Assembly (NCBI GenBank): GCA_963676415.1
Contig: OY781097.1
Span: 4,732,555 to 4,796,554, forward strand
Direction: 5' to 3'
Length of the DNA stretch: 64,000 bases
DNA from: Bacteroidales bacterium
GTDB lineage: Bacteria; Bacteroidota; Bacteroidia; Bacteroidales; WRLA01
Under the pieces are notes generated by a model. The model did no database searches and had not been told where the DNA came from. It worked only from the letters and a program-made list of their open reading frames with translations. The stretch's first letter is position 1, and each line of letters opens with the position of its first letter. The translations under genes were made by a program, and so were the position numbers. Positions 11,253-19,552 of this stretch are shown piece after piece.

Positions 11253-11945
11253 ATGGAAATAATTGACATAAATTTTGACTTTCGACAAGATAGCAAATGC
11301 GGCGACCCTGACACGGACAGCCAGAAACTATATGAAGCTCACAAGTTGTTATGGAGTAAAAAATTACCTAATGGGAAAGAATTTACATTGGAAATTAAAA
11401 GTGACAGTTATGGCAGGCTGCTCATTAAAAACAACTTGACTATGAATTTGTCAAGCGACAGAATGTGTCCACATTTTGATGGAAAATACAGTAATAAGTT
11501 TGACCGTTGGCTTTCAGACATTGATAGAGAAGAACTAAAACTTAAAGTACGGACAATTGGCGGACATATAATTTTTCCAGCTCACAAAAAGAATGGCTTC
11601 ACAATTAATCAAGCCAGAGGAGTTAGCAGAATAATTTGCGACCGGTTTGACTTGACATTGGAATGCATTAGGCGTTTTTATAGAAACGAAGAAAGCCCAC
11701 TTTCCAAGACCATGACAAATTACAAAGACTTTTTTGACTTGTTTATTGATTTTAAAGGTTATGCCGACTTCTTTCATTTACAAGACTTAATTGACCAACG
11801 TGGACAAATTGAATTTTCTTTGCCGTTTGACAATTTCAACAGACCGCCATTACCTCAGACAATTAATGAGTATAAAGAATACAAAGACCATACATTAGAT
11901 TTCATAAAAAAAAGAAATAAAAGGATTTTAGAAAGTTTATACTAA
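11253..11945 (+). CDS. Hypothetical protein, 230 aa, no family recognised with confidence
   Basis: Clean ORF in an AT-rich patch with no signal peptide or TM segment. Motif-like stretches: DPDTDSQKLYEAHKLLWSKKLPNG, TIGGHIIFP, TINQARG, DRFDLTLECIRRFY. Confidence 0.6.
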   Translation: MEIIDINFDFRQDSKCGDPDTDSQKLYEAHKLLWSKKLPNGKEFTLEIKSDSYGRLLIKNNLTMNLSSDRMCPHFDGKYSNKFDRWLSDIDREELKLKVRTIGGHIIFPAHKKNGFTINQARGVSRIICDRFDLTLECIRRFYRNEESPLSKTMTNYKDFFDLFIDFKGYADFFHLQDLIDQRGQIEFSLPFDNFNRPPLPQTINEYKEYKDHTLDFIKKRNKRILESLY

Positions 11946-12143
11946 CCCAATTAGAACTTTGAACGATAATGGAAACATCGGACAAGAGGAATGTCAGACT
12001 GTAACACGCGGTATATAATATTGCCGTGGTTAGTGCTACTACTCAGTTGAAGATTCTTGCACCAGATGGCAAAAACCGTTTAGCCAACCCTGCCATATAT
12101 TAAATGACCAATAGTCACAATTCAAAAAATCAAAATCAAAAAA

Positions 12144-13052
12144 ATGAAAAACTTAATAACCACCACCCTGGCAATCTTATTGACAATAAGCATTTACGGA
12201 CAGTCGTACATTCCATTGCCCGACTCCAACGCAAAATGGTGTATTCTGCACAATAACGGAACAATCCCCCCACCCGTTCATGGATACACAAACTACTATG
12301 AAACATATTATTCCGGTGATACTACAATTGCGAACCGGCATTACAAGAAAATTGAAAAGACAGAATATGATATTTTCTGTTTGAACACCAAAATCCAGGG
12401 GTCGGATTATCTGGGTGCTATCCGCGATGATTCCATTAAAAGACAAGTATTTTATATTCCAAAAGGCGCGACAGAAGAAAACCTAATCTATGACTTCAAC
12501 TTAGAAGTTGGAGACACCCTTTTTAGCTATCTCAACTGGAACCAGCCCTTAATTGTTGCCTTCATTGATTCCGTTTTAATCAATAACAACCAACATAAAA
12601 AGCTGGTATTCCAATACGGTGAAGCAGAGATAATTGAAGGAATTGGAAGCATAACGGGCATCGTTGAAGAATTAACAGCTTTTGAAGGCGGAAGCAACTT
12701 ATGTGCTTTATATATTGACACTAATCTTGCTTTCCCGGAATATCCCTGCAATTTGTCAGCAACCGACAGCTGTTTAACATTGAGCATTGATTATCATCTT
12801 AATAGCTCCGAAATACGGATTTACCCGAATCCGGCAAAATACAAGTTTCAAATCACCGTCCCGAAAGAAATCCTATTAAAAAAGCCAAATCTCAAAATAA
12901 TGTCGGCTTTAGGCAAGCTATACAGAAGCCAAATGTTAACGACTGAAATTACAAACATTGACGTATGCGATTTAATGTCTGGAATGTACATTATTCAAAT
13001 AATAAGCGGGAACGTATGTATTTTGAGCAAAAAAATTGTAATCGAAAAATAA
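12144..13052 (+). CDS. Secreted protein with a T9SS type-A (Por_Secre_tail-like) C-terminal domain
   Basis: N-terminal signal peptide MKNLITTTLAILLTISIYGQ. C-terminal ~80 aa read IRIYPNPAKYKFQI...GMYIIQIISGN...KKIVIEK, typical of the type-A sorting domain. Confidence 0.75.
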   Translation: MKNLITTTLAILLTISIYGQSYIPLPDSNAKWCILHNNGTIPPPVHGYTNYYETYYSGDTTIANRHYKKIEKTEYDIFCLNTKIQGSDYLGAIRDDSIKRQVFYIPKGATEENLIYDFNLEVGDTLFSYLNWNQPLIVAFIDSVLINNNQHKKLVFQYGEAEIIEGIGSITGIVEELTAFEGGSNLCALYIDTNLAFPEYPCNLSATDSCLTLSIDYHLNSSEIRIYPNPAKYKFQITVPKEILLKKPNLKIMSALGKLYRSQMLTTEITNIDVCDLMSGMYIIQIISGNVCILSKKIVIEK

Positions 13053-13137
13053 GGACATCAATTAATCTGGCCAAACTATTGAGGTTTAGATCAGCTGTAT
13101 AGAAATTTAGCTCGGAAAAATTTGGAAAATGGTATAA

Positions 13138-13157
13138 AAGTACTTATTTTTGTACTT
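13138..13157 (+). promoter_or_regulatory. Candidate YefM-YoeB operator
   Basis: AAGTAC-N8-GTACTT inverted repeat ~25 nt upstream of the yefM ATG. The two GTAC cores (13140-13143, 13152-13155) lie 12 bp centre to centre, which resembles the TGTACA-core operators described for yefM-yoeB. Confidence 0.35.
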
Positions 13158-13182
13158 AAGAAAGAACGTAAAAAAGAAAATT

Positions 13183-13434
13183 ATGATTGCGGCCAATTAT
13201 TCAGAGTTTAGGGCAGAATTAAAAAAATATTTGGATAGTGTTGAAGACAACAATGAAACACTGATCATTAAGCGTAAAAGCGGCAAAGGAACTGTTTTAA
13301 TTTCATTGGATGAATATAACTCCCTAATGGAAACAATTCATTTATTGAGCTCAAGGAAAAATGCTGACCGGCTTTATGAGTCAATTCAACAAATGAAAAC
13401 GGGCAAAACTGTAAAACCAAAAGAGCAAGAATAA
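13183..13434 (+). CDS. yefM: Type II antitoxin, Phd/YefM family
   Basis: MIAANYSEFRAELKKYLDSVEDNNETLIIKRKSGKGTVLISLDEYNSLMETIHLLSS is a classic YefM N-terminal fold sequence. The ATG at 13183 is preferred over the upstream TTG at 13150. The stop lies 2 nt before yoeB. Confidence 0.85.
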   Translation: MIAANYSEFRAELKKYLDSVEDNNETLIIKRKSGKGTVLISLDEYNSLMETIHLLSSRKNADRLYESIQQMKTGKTVKPKEQE

Positions 13435-13436
13435 AT

Positions 13437-13694
13437 ATGCTTATTACATTCTCCGAAAATGCCTGGCAAGACTATTTGTATTGGCAAAAAGCAGATAAAA
13501 GGGTCTTGAAAAAAATAAACGGTTTAATAAAAGACATAAAACGAGAGCCGTTTGAAGGCAAAGGAAAGCCTGAGCCATTAAAGTATGATCTGTCCGGTTA
13601 TTGGTCCAGAAGGATTGACCTTGAACACAGACTTGTTTATCAAGTAATTGAGAATGAACTCCTGATTTATGCATGTAGATTTCATTATGATTAA
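13437..13694 (+). CDS. yoeB: Type II toxin, Txe/YoeB family mRNA interferase
   Basis: 85 aa: FSENAWQDYLYWQKADKRVLKKINGLIKDIKREPFEGKGKPEPLKYDLSGYWSRRIDLEHRLVYQV...CRFHY matches the YoeB family along its whole length. Confidence 0.9.
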   Translation: MLITFSENAWQDYLYWQKADKRVLKKINGLIKDIKREPFEGKGKPEPLKYDLSGYWSRRIDLEHRLVYQVIENELLIYACRFHYD

Positions 13695-13900
13695 AACATA
13701 CCAAGCCTAATCAATTAAATGGCAAAAAGCCAATTGGCTGCCATTACACCACTTTTAAAAATCTCAGGCTTTGCTTTTAAGTCCTTCCGGCTTTAATATT
13801 TTGTTAATTGCTCCTTTAGGGTACTGAGCCCTTTGCATTTTGCACATATTCCCTACATTTGCCCTTGAAACACTAATTAACATACAATAGAACATTCATT

Positions 13901-14806
13901 ATGAAACCAACCTTACTGATACTCGCCGCCGGAATGGGCAGCCGCTATGGTGGCCTAAAGCAAACTGATAAGCTGGGGCCTTCGGGCGAGACCATTATCG
14001 ACTATTCCATTTATGATGCGATTCACGCCGGATTTGGCCGCGTGGTATTCATCATCCGCGAAGCCATACGTGAAGAGTTTGTGGAAGTGGTGATGCGCAA
14101 ATTTGAAGATAAAATCCCCTGCTCTTACGTGATGCAGGAACTTGACAAACTACCGGAAGGCTACGAGCTGCCTGCAGAACGCAAAAAGCCCTGGGGAACA
14201 GGTCATGCCGTTTTAATGGCCGCGCAGGAAATCAAAGAACCTTTTGCCGTAATCAATGCCGACGATTTCTATGGGCGCGATTCTTTTGAGCAAATTGCCC
14301 GTTTCCTGAAACAACAGGATACCGAAAGCCACAATTTTGCTATGGTGGGCTATAGGCTTAAAAACACGCTTTCGGAATTTGGTTATGTATCGCGCGGTAT
14401 CTGCGAAAGCAATGACGAAATGCTACTGACCACTGTTACCGAGCTTACAAAGATCAAGCGCGAAGAAAAGGGCATCCAATATCTTGATGAACAGGAAAAA
14501 CCACATCCGCTCAAAGAAGAGGATATCGTTTCCATGAATTTCTGGGGCTTCACGCCAAAATTTTTCCAGCATCTCAAAACAGGGTTCAAGAATTTCCTGG
14601 ATGAAAGCATAAACAAAGAAAAGTCAGAATATTACATCCCTACCGAAGCAAATAACCTGATCAATAAAGGCACAGCAACAGTTAAGGTTTTACCTACCTC
14701 ATCAAGCTGGTTTGGCATTACTTTTAAAGAAGACAAGCAATTGGCGATGGACAATATCAAGAAGTTGGTTGGGGAGGGTGTTTATCCGGAGAATCTATGG
14801 CCATAA
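13901..14806 (+). CDS. Sugar-1-phosphate nucleotidyltransferase (NTP_transferase fold)
   Basis: N-terminal LILAAGMGSRYGGLKQ nucleotide-binding loop (GxGxR type). It sits next to a NahK-like anomeric sugar kinase. Confidence 0.75.
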   Translation: MKPTLLILAAGMGSRYGGLKQTDKLGPSGETIIDYSIYDAIHAGFGRVVFIIREAIREEFVEVVMRKFEDKIPCSYVMQELDKLPEGYELPAERKKPWGTGHAVLMAAQEIKEPFAVINADDFYGRDSFEQIARFLKQQDTESHNFAMVGYRLKNTLSEFGYVSRGICESNDEMLLTTVTELTKIKREEKGIQYLDEQEKPHPLKEEDIVSMNFWGFTPKFFQHLKTGFKNFLDESINKEKSEYYIPTEANNLINKGTATVKVLPTSSSWFGITFKEDKQLAMDNIKKLVGEGVYPENLWP

Positions 14807-15003
14807 TTAGTTTCTGTCCATAATGCCTCCCGAAGCTTCGGGATTATTCTTGGAGTTGAAACCAGTCATCCCGTACTATTATAATACCAGGAATGCACTT
14901 CGGCTGCGCTTACTTCGGCAAGCTCAGCACATCGCAGCATAACACCTTGACCTCGAACTTTCTGAAACAGAAACATGACTTCATAGACATGCACTAATTA
15001 CAT

Positions 15004-16089
15004 ATGATGATTGACAGTCTGAAATATTTTCAAATAGAAGGAAAAATACAGAAGCTGGAGCCTGTGGGCAATGGGCATATCAACCGCTCCTGGCATTGTG
15101 TCAATGCGGATGCACAGGCTCCGGATTATTTTTTGCAGCAGGTCAATCATCATGTTTTCCCCAATATTCCCGCACTGACTTCCAATGTGGTGCGTGCAGC
15201 TTTTCGGCTGATTGAAAGCCAGGAAAAATCATCGAACCCGGGCAAAGCGGCAAAATTTCCGCGGCCTATCCCCACCTGGGACAAGCAATATTATGCCGTG
15301 GACGGGCAGGGCAGCTATTGGCGGATGTTCACCTTCACAAAAAATGCCCGCTCCTACGAGCGAACCGATTTTGAAGACATTGCCATGGAAGGCGGAAAGG
15401 CGGTTGGGCAATTCCAGAAATATATGCTGGGGCTGAATCTCAAAGGATTTCATGAGCCCATCCCCGATTTTCATAATCTGAAATTCCGCCTTAACAATTT
15501 TGACAAAGCATTGGCCAAAGCCGATGAATCACGAAAAGAAGAAGCCGCTCAAAACATCACATTTGTGCATCAGCGCAGGAAGGAGATGGAGGCGTATTTT
15601 CAGGATCTTGGCTCAGGCGACATCCCATTGCGCATCACGCACAACGACACCAAATTCAACAACATCCTTTTTGATGAGCACGATTTTTCTTTGTGCATGA
15701 TTGATCTGGACACGGTCATGCCTGGCTTTGTGCAGTACGACTTTGGGGATGCGGCAAGGGTTTTATGCAATACTGCCAATGAAGATGAAAAAGACACCAG
15801 CAAAATTTCCTTCCGTATGGATTTGTTCCGGAGCTTTTGTTTTGGTTATAAAATCTATGCCGGAAATTTCCTGACGAAAAAAGAAAAGGCACTCCTGCCC
15901 TTCTCGCCCTTCCTGATGACTTTTATTATGGGCCTGCGTTTTCTAACCGATTACCTGGAAAACGACCGCTATTATAAAATTTCCTGTCCGGGACATAATC
16001 TTGTGCGCAGCAAAGCCCAATTTGCCTTTATTGCTGCGATGGACAAAGTCCGCGATGAAATTGAAAGCTGCACAAAATCTTATTTTTAG
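15004..16089 (+). CDS. APH-fold phosphotransferase, N-acetylhexosamine 1-kinase (NahK)-like
   Basis: GNGHINRSW N-terminal loop. Catalytic HNDTKFNNILFD and IDLDTVMPG...DFGD motifs typical of the NahK/aminoglycoside-phosphotransferase superfamily. Confidence 0.7.
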   Translation: MMIDSLKYFQIEGKIQKLEPVGNGHINRSWHCVNADAQAPDYFLQQVNHHVFPNIPALTSNVVRAAFRLIESQEKSSNPGKAAKFPRPIPTWDKQYYAVDGQGSYWRMFTFTKNARSYERTDFEDIAMEGGKAVGQFQKYMLGLNLKGFHEPIPDFHNLKFRLNNFDKALAKADESRKEEAAQNITFVHQRRKEMEAYFQDLGSGDIPLRITHNDTKFNNILFDEHDFSLCMIDLDTVMPGFVQYDFGDAARVLCNTANEDEKDTSKISFRMDLFRSFCFGYKIYAGNFLTKKEKALLPFSPFLMTFIMGLRFLTDYLENDRYYKISCPGHNLVRSKAQFAFIAAMDKVRDEIESCTKSYF

Positions 16090-16890
16090 ATGAAGGAATT
16101 TCGCCACAGAGCCAATGGAATAGAATTTGAATGCCGCGAAAGCGGAAGTGGCCCCTTACTGCTCATGGCTGGCGGATTTCGTTTTACGATGGATTTATGG
16201 CCCCAAAAACTGATTGAATGCTTATCCGGGCAGTTCAGGCTGGTGCAGTTTAACTTCAGGGGTGTTGCCGGAAGCGGTGATGATGACGTGCAGCATTCTA
16301 TTGCGCTTTATGCTGATGATATAGCTTCTTTGGCGCAATCGCTCAGCCGGGAAAAAGCCATTGTTTTTGGCTGGTCGATGGGCAGTTATGCCGCACAGGA
16401 AGCCCTGATCCGCCATCCTGGATTATTCAGCCATGCCGTTTTGAGCTGCACCAATTGCGGTGGAAAGGAGTTTATCCCAGCAGAAGAAGATGCTTACAAA
16501 CAACTGACACGCCCGTCAAAAAGCCCGGAAGAATCTGCAGAAAGCATGTTCCAATTGCTTTTTGGCCATGACTGGCCCACACAAAACCGCTGGTACTACC
16601 GCGAAATTCCCCGCCCAAAAACTTTTTGCAACGAAATAACAGCTCAAAAGCAGGATCGGGCAATTTTGGATTGGGACGGCACTTTTGAACGCCTTCCCGA
16701 AATCAAAACGCCTGTATTGATCATCAATGGGGAAAAAGACATCATCAACCCCAAAGAGAATGGTGTTTTGATGCAAAAACAGCTCCCTCATTCAGAACTC
16801 GTCCAAATTAGCGATGGAGGACATGGTTTGCTGTATCAGTATCCCGAAAAAGTTGCTAATTTTGTTGCTGGATTTATTGGCAAGGATTAA
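16090..16890 (+). CDS. Alpha/beta-fold hydrolase
   Basis: G-x-S-x-G nucleophile elbow (GWSMGS), a late GGHG with the His region, and length ~266 aa. The start abuts the stop of the kinase gene. Confidence 0.75.
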   Translation: MKEFRHRANGIEFECRESGSGPLLLMAGGFRFTMDLWPQKLIECLSGQFRLVQFNFRGVAGSGDDDVQHSIALYADDIASLAQSLSREKAIVFGWSMGSYAAQEALIRHPGLFSHAVLSCTNCGGKEFIPAEEDAYKQLTRPSKSPEESAESMFQLLFGHDWPTQNRWYYREIPRPKTFCNEITAQKQDRAILDWDGTFERLPEIKTPVLIINGEKDIINPKENGVLMQKQLPHSELVQISDGGHGLLYQYPEKVANFVAGFIGKD

Positions 16891-16965
16891 GCTAAATACT
16901 GCCGAATACTGCCAGATATTTGAAGATGAATTAATTGGGAAATCGTCTCTCAGAAAAACTCTATA

Positions 16966-17691
16966 ATGAAAAAATCAGATATTTTTTTCACACTCGGCCT
17001 TATCGTATTTTTCGGGCCGTTTTTTATTTTCGACAGTTTATTCCAGTTTTACAAAGATGCCAATGCACTGCATCCTTACCTACTGAGTTACATTAAGTTT
17101 GCGCTTCTGGCCTCACTAGGCGAAGTGATCGGTCTGCGTATCCGCGAAGGCGTTTACAACCGAAAAGGCTTCGGTATTTTGCCCCGGGCTTTTGTTTGGG
17201 GTTTTCTGGGCATCCTCATTAAAATGGGCTTCACCATTTTTGGAAGCGGTGCTCCGGTAATGCTGGCCAGTATGGGCGTTGATTTTCCTGCACAATTTGG
17301 CGGAACCGGCGGCATCCTCAAGCACAGCATACTCGAAACCACATCGTGGCTGCATGTTTTGGCCGCATTCTCGGTCAGCACCACACTCAACTTCTTTTTT
17401 GCGCCCTTCTTCATGACCTTGCACAAAATTACTGATGAGCACATCAACAATACAGGTGGCAGCTTATGGAAATTCATTTCCACTCCGATGCCATTCGGAC
17501 ATTATATGGAAACACTCAACTGGGGCGTGATGTGGAATTTTGTTTTCAAGAAGACCATCATCCTCTTTTGGATACCTGCCCAGACCATTACCTTTATGCT
17601 CAATCCGGAATACCGCATACTATTTGCCGCATTCCTCGGAATTGTGTTGGGCGTTTTTATGGCAATTGCTGCTTTAAAAAGCAAATCGTAA
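16966..17691 (+). CDS. Polytopic membrane protein of unknown function
   Basis: Five to six hydrophobic helices by eye; no recognised motif. Confidence 0.6.
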   Translation: MKKSDIFFTLGLIVFFGPFFIFDSLFQFYKDANALHPYLLSYIKFALLASLGEVIGLRIREGVYNRKGFGILPRAFVWGFLGILIKMGFTIFGSGAPVMLASMGVDFPAQFGGTGGILKHSILETTSWLHVLAAFSVSTTLNFFFAPFFMTLHKITDEHINNTGGSLWKFISTPMPFGHYMETLNWGVMWNFVFKKTIILFWIPAQTITFMLNPEYRILFAAFLGIVLGVFMAIAALKSKS

Positions 17692-17753
17692 GAAGACCCC
17701 CAGCAGTTCAACTGAAAACATTATCTTTATATCCAAAATAAAGACGCGATAAA

Positions 17754-19079
17754 ATGAATAGAAAAGACACACCCATCAACTACGAAATTGTAACACAAAA
17801 AATCGCAGAAAGCGGATTGGAAAATGTAGGAAAATCCTCCATCCGTGAAGTAAAAAGACTCGTTGACAACATTGAAAATGCCACGGGGGAAAAATTTGTT
17901 CGCATGGAAATGGGCATTCCGGGCCTGCCTCCTGTACAAAAAGGCGTTGAAGCCCAGATTGACGCCCTCAAAAAGGGAATCGCCGCACTATATCCTGACA
18001 TCCAGGGCATCCCGCAACTCAAAAATGAAATTGCACGCTTTGTTAAGCTGTTTTTGGATGTAGATGTGAATCCTGCTGGTTGCTTGCCAACTGTAGGCTC
18101 TATGCAGGGCGGTTTTGCAGCATTTATGACCGTAAACCGCATGCACGCCGAACGTGAAGGAACACTCTTCCTTGATCCCGGTTTTCCGGTACACAAGCAG
18201 CAAATTAAAATCCTGGGCCAAGATTACCGATCATTCGATGTATATGATTACCGTGGCGAAAAACTGCGCGACAAGCTGGAAGAAATGCTCAGCGACGGGA
18301 AGGTTTCGTCCATTCTGTATTCCAACCCCAATAATCCATCCTGGATTTGCTTCACTGATACTGAACTGCAAATTATCGGTGAAATGGCCAATAAATACAA
18401 TGTGGTTATATTTGAAGACCTGGCTTATTTTGGCATGGATTTCCGCAAGGATTACAGCATCCCTGGAGAAGCGCCTTATCAGCCAACGGTAGCCAAATAC
18501 ACCGACAATTATATCTTTTTCATTTCCAGCTCAAAAGCATTTAGTTATGCCGGTGAACGCATTGGTATGATGGTGATCAGCGACAAACTCTGGAACACCA
18601 CTGCACCGGACCTGAAACGCTATTACGCCAGCGACAGCCTTGGCCATGCCATGGTTTTTGGCGCACTTTATGCGCTAAGCTCCGGAACCAGCCATTCGGC
18701 ACAATATGCGCTTACTGCAATTCTGAAAGCCGTGAACAACAAAGAATTCAACTACCGTGAAGGCGTGCTGGAATATGGCGAAAAAGCCAAAATCATGAAA
18801 AAACTTTTTACTGATAATGGCTTTAAAATCGTGTACGACAAAGACGAAGACAAGCCTGTTGCGGACGGGTTTTACTTCACATTCAGCTATCCGGGTTTCT
18901 CCGGTGCCGATTTGCTGCACGAACTGACCTATTACGGCATCAGCGCGATATCATTGGCGATAACGGGCAGCACACGCCTCGAAGGCATCCGGGCCTGCAC
19001 ATCACTGGTGCAACGCAGCCAGTTTCCTGATTTGGAAGCACGCCTGAAAAAATTCCATGAAAACCATCCGGTTGATTAA
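17754..19079 (+). CDS. Class I/II PLP-dependent aminotransferase
   Basis: 441 aa. The motif SSSKAFSYAGERIG holds the PLP-lysine, with YSNPNNPS upstream. Confidence 0.7.
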   Translation: MNRKDTPINYEIVTQKIAESGLENVGKSSIREVKRLVDNIENATGEKFVRMEMGIPGLPPVQKGVEAQIDALKKGIAALYPDIQGIPQLKNEIARFVKLFLDVDVNPAGCLPTVGSMQGGFAAFMTVNRMHAEREGTLFLDPGFPVHKQQIKILGQDYRSFDVYDYRGEKLRDKLEEMLSDGKVSSILYSNPNNPSWICFTDTELQIIGEMANKYNVVIFEDLAYFGMDFRKDYSIPGEAPYQPTVAKYTDNYIFFISSSKAFSYAGERIGMMVISDKLWNTTAPDLKRYYASDSLGHAMVFGALYALSSGTSHSAQYALTAILKAVNNKEFNYREGVLEYGEKAKIMKKLFTDNGFKIVYDKDEDKPVADGFYFTFSYPGFSGADLLHELTYYGISAISLAITGSTRLEGIRACTSLVQRSQFPDLEARLKKFHENHPVD

Positions 19080-19100
19080 GCGGATCGAATAATTAAAAAA

Positions 19101-19129
19101 GGGTCGAATGAAAATTCGACCCTTTTTTT
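19101..19129 (+). terminator. Rho-independent terminator of the aminotransferase gene
   Basis: GGGTCGAAT-GAAA-ATTCGACCC followed by T7. Confidence 0.8.
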
Positions 19130-19217
19130 ATCGTGCATGCAATCCGCATTCTTTCAATTCGGGGTTTTCCCACCACCATCTTCCGGCGCGGACATCCTCT
19201 CCGGGTTCAATGGCACG
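19126..19217 (-). repeat. Orphan duplicate of the last ~90 nt of cysH (left copy of a 92-bp direct repeat)
   Basis: 89 of 92 positions are identical to 20159-20250, which holds the real cysH 3' end and stop. Confidence 0.9.
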
Positions 19218-19249
19218 AAAATTATCATTCGCTCATTTTTGAATCCATA

Positions 19250-19552
19250 TCATGTCACTGACAATCCAAGATTTTTACCCAGTCCTTCCTCGAAAATCTT
19301 AAACAAGGTAGATATTTGAATATCAATCTTCCCGTTTTCCAATCTTGAAATATAGCTTTTCTTTGTCCCCGTTTTATGCGCAAGATCCTCCTGAGTCATT
19401 CTGGCTTCTCTTCTTGCTTCCCGCACCATTTCACCAATAATAAATGATTTAGCCCGTGCTTCAAAAGCATCTCTTTTTTCTGTGCCTACAGCACCATATT
19501 TTATATTCAGTAGCTCATCAAATGTTTTTGCCTCTCTAATACTTTTCATCAT
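19250..19552 (-). CDS. XRE-family HTH antitoxin (HigA-like)
   Basis: EARMTQEDLAHKTGTKKSYISRLENGK helix-turn-helix. It overlaps the 3' end of the upstream toxin-like ORF, a toxin-first arrangement. Confidence 0.8.
   Translation of the reverse strand: MMKSIREAKTFDELLNIKYGAVGTEKRDAFEARAKSFIIGEMVREARREARMTQEDLAHKTGTKKSYISRLENGKIDIQISTLFKIFEEGLGKNLGLSVT

Noticed and set aside
51-11314. Dozens of 60-380-aa ORFs on both strands overlapping the PKD-repeat gene (e.g. 4253-5128 minus, 6236-7009 minus, 10172-11314 minus).
   Set aside because: All lie inside or antisense to one continuous, strongly motif-supported 3,646-codon frame. Their translations are low-complexity mirror images of the repeat and have no start context. 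The ORF at 10172-11314 also runs across the terminator hairpin.
19137-19319. 60-aa plus-strand ORF downstream of the aminotransferase gene.
   Set aside because: It is the antisense reading of the duplicated cysH 3' fragment running into the cassette end, an artefact of the duplication.
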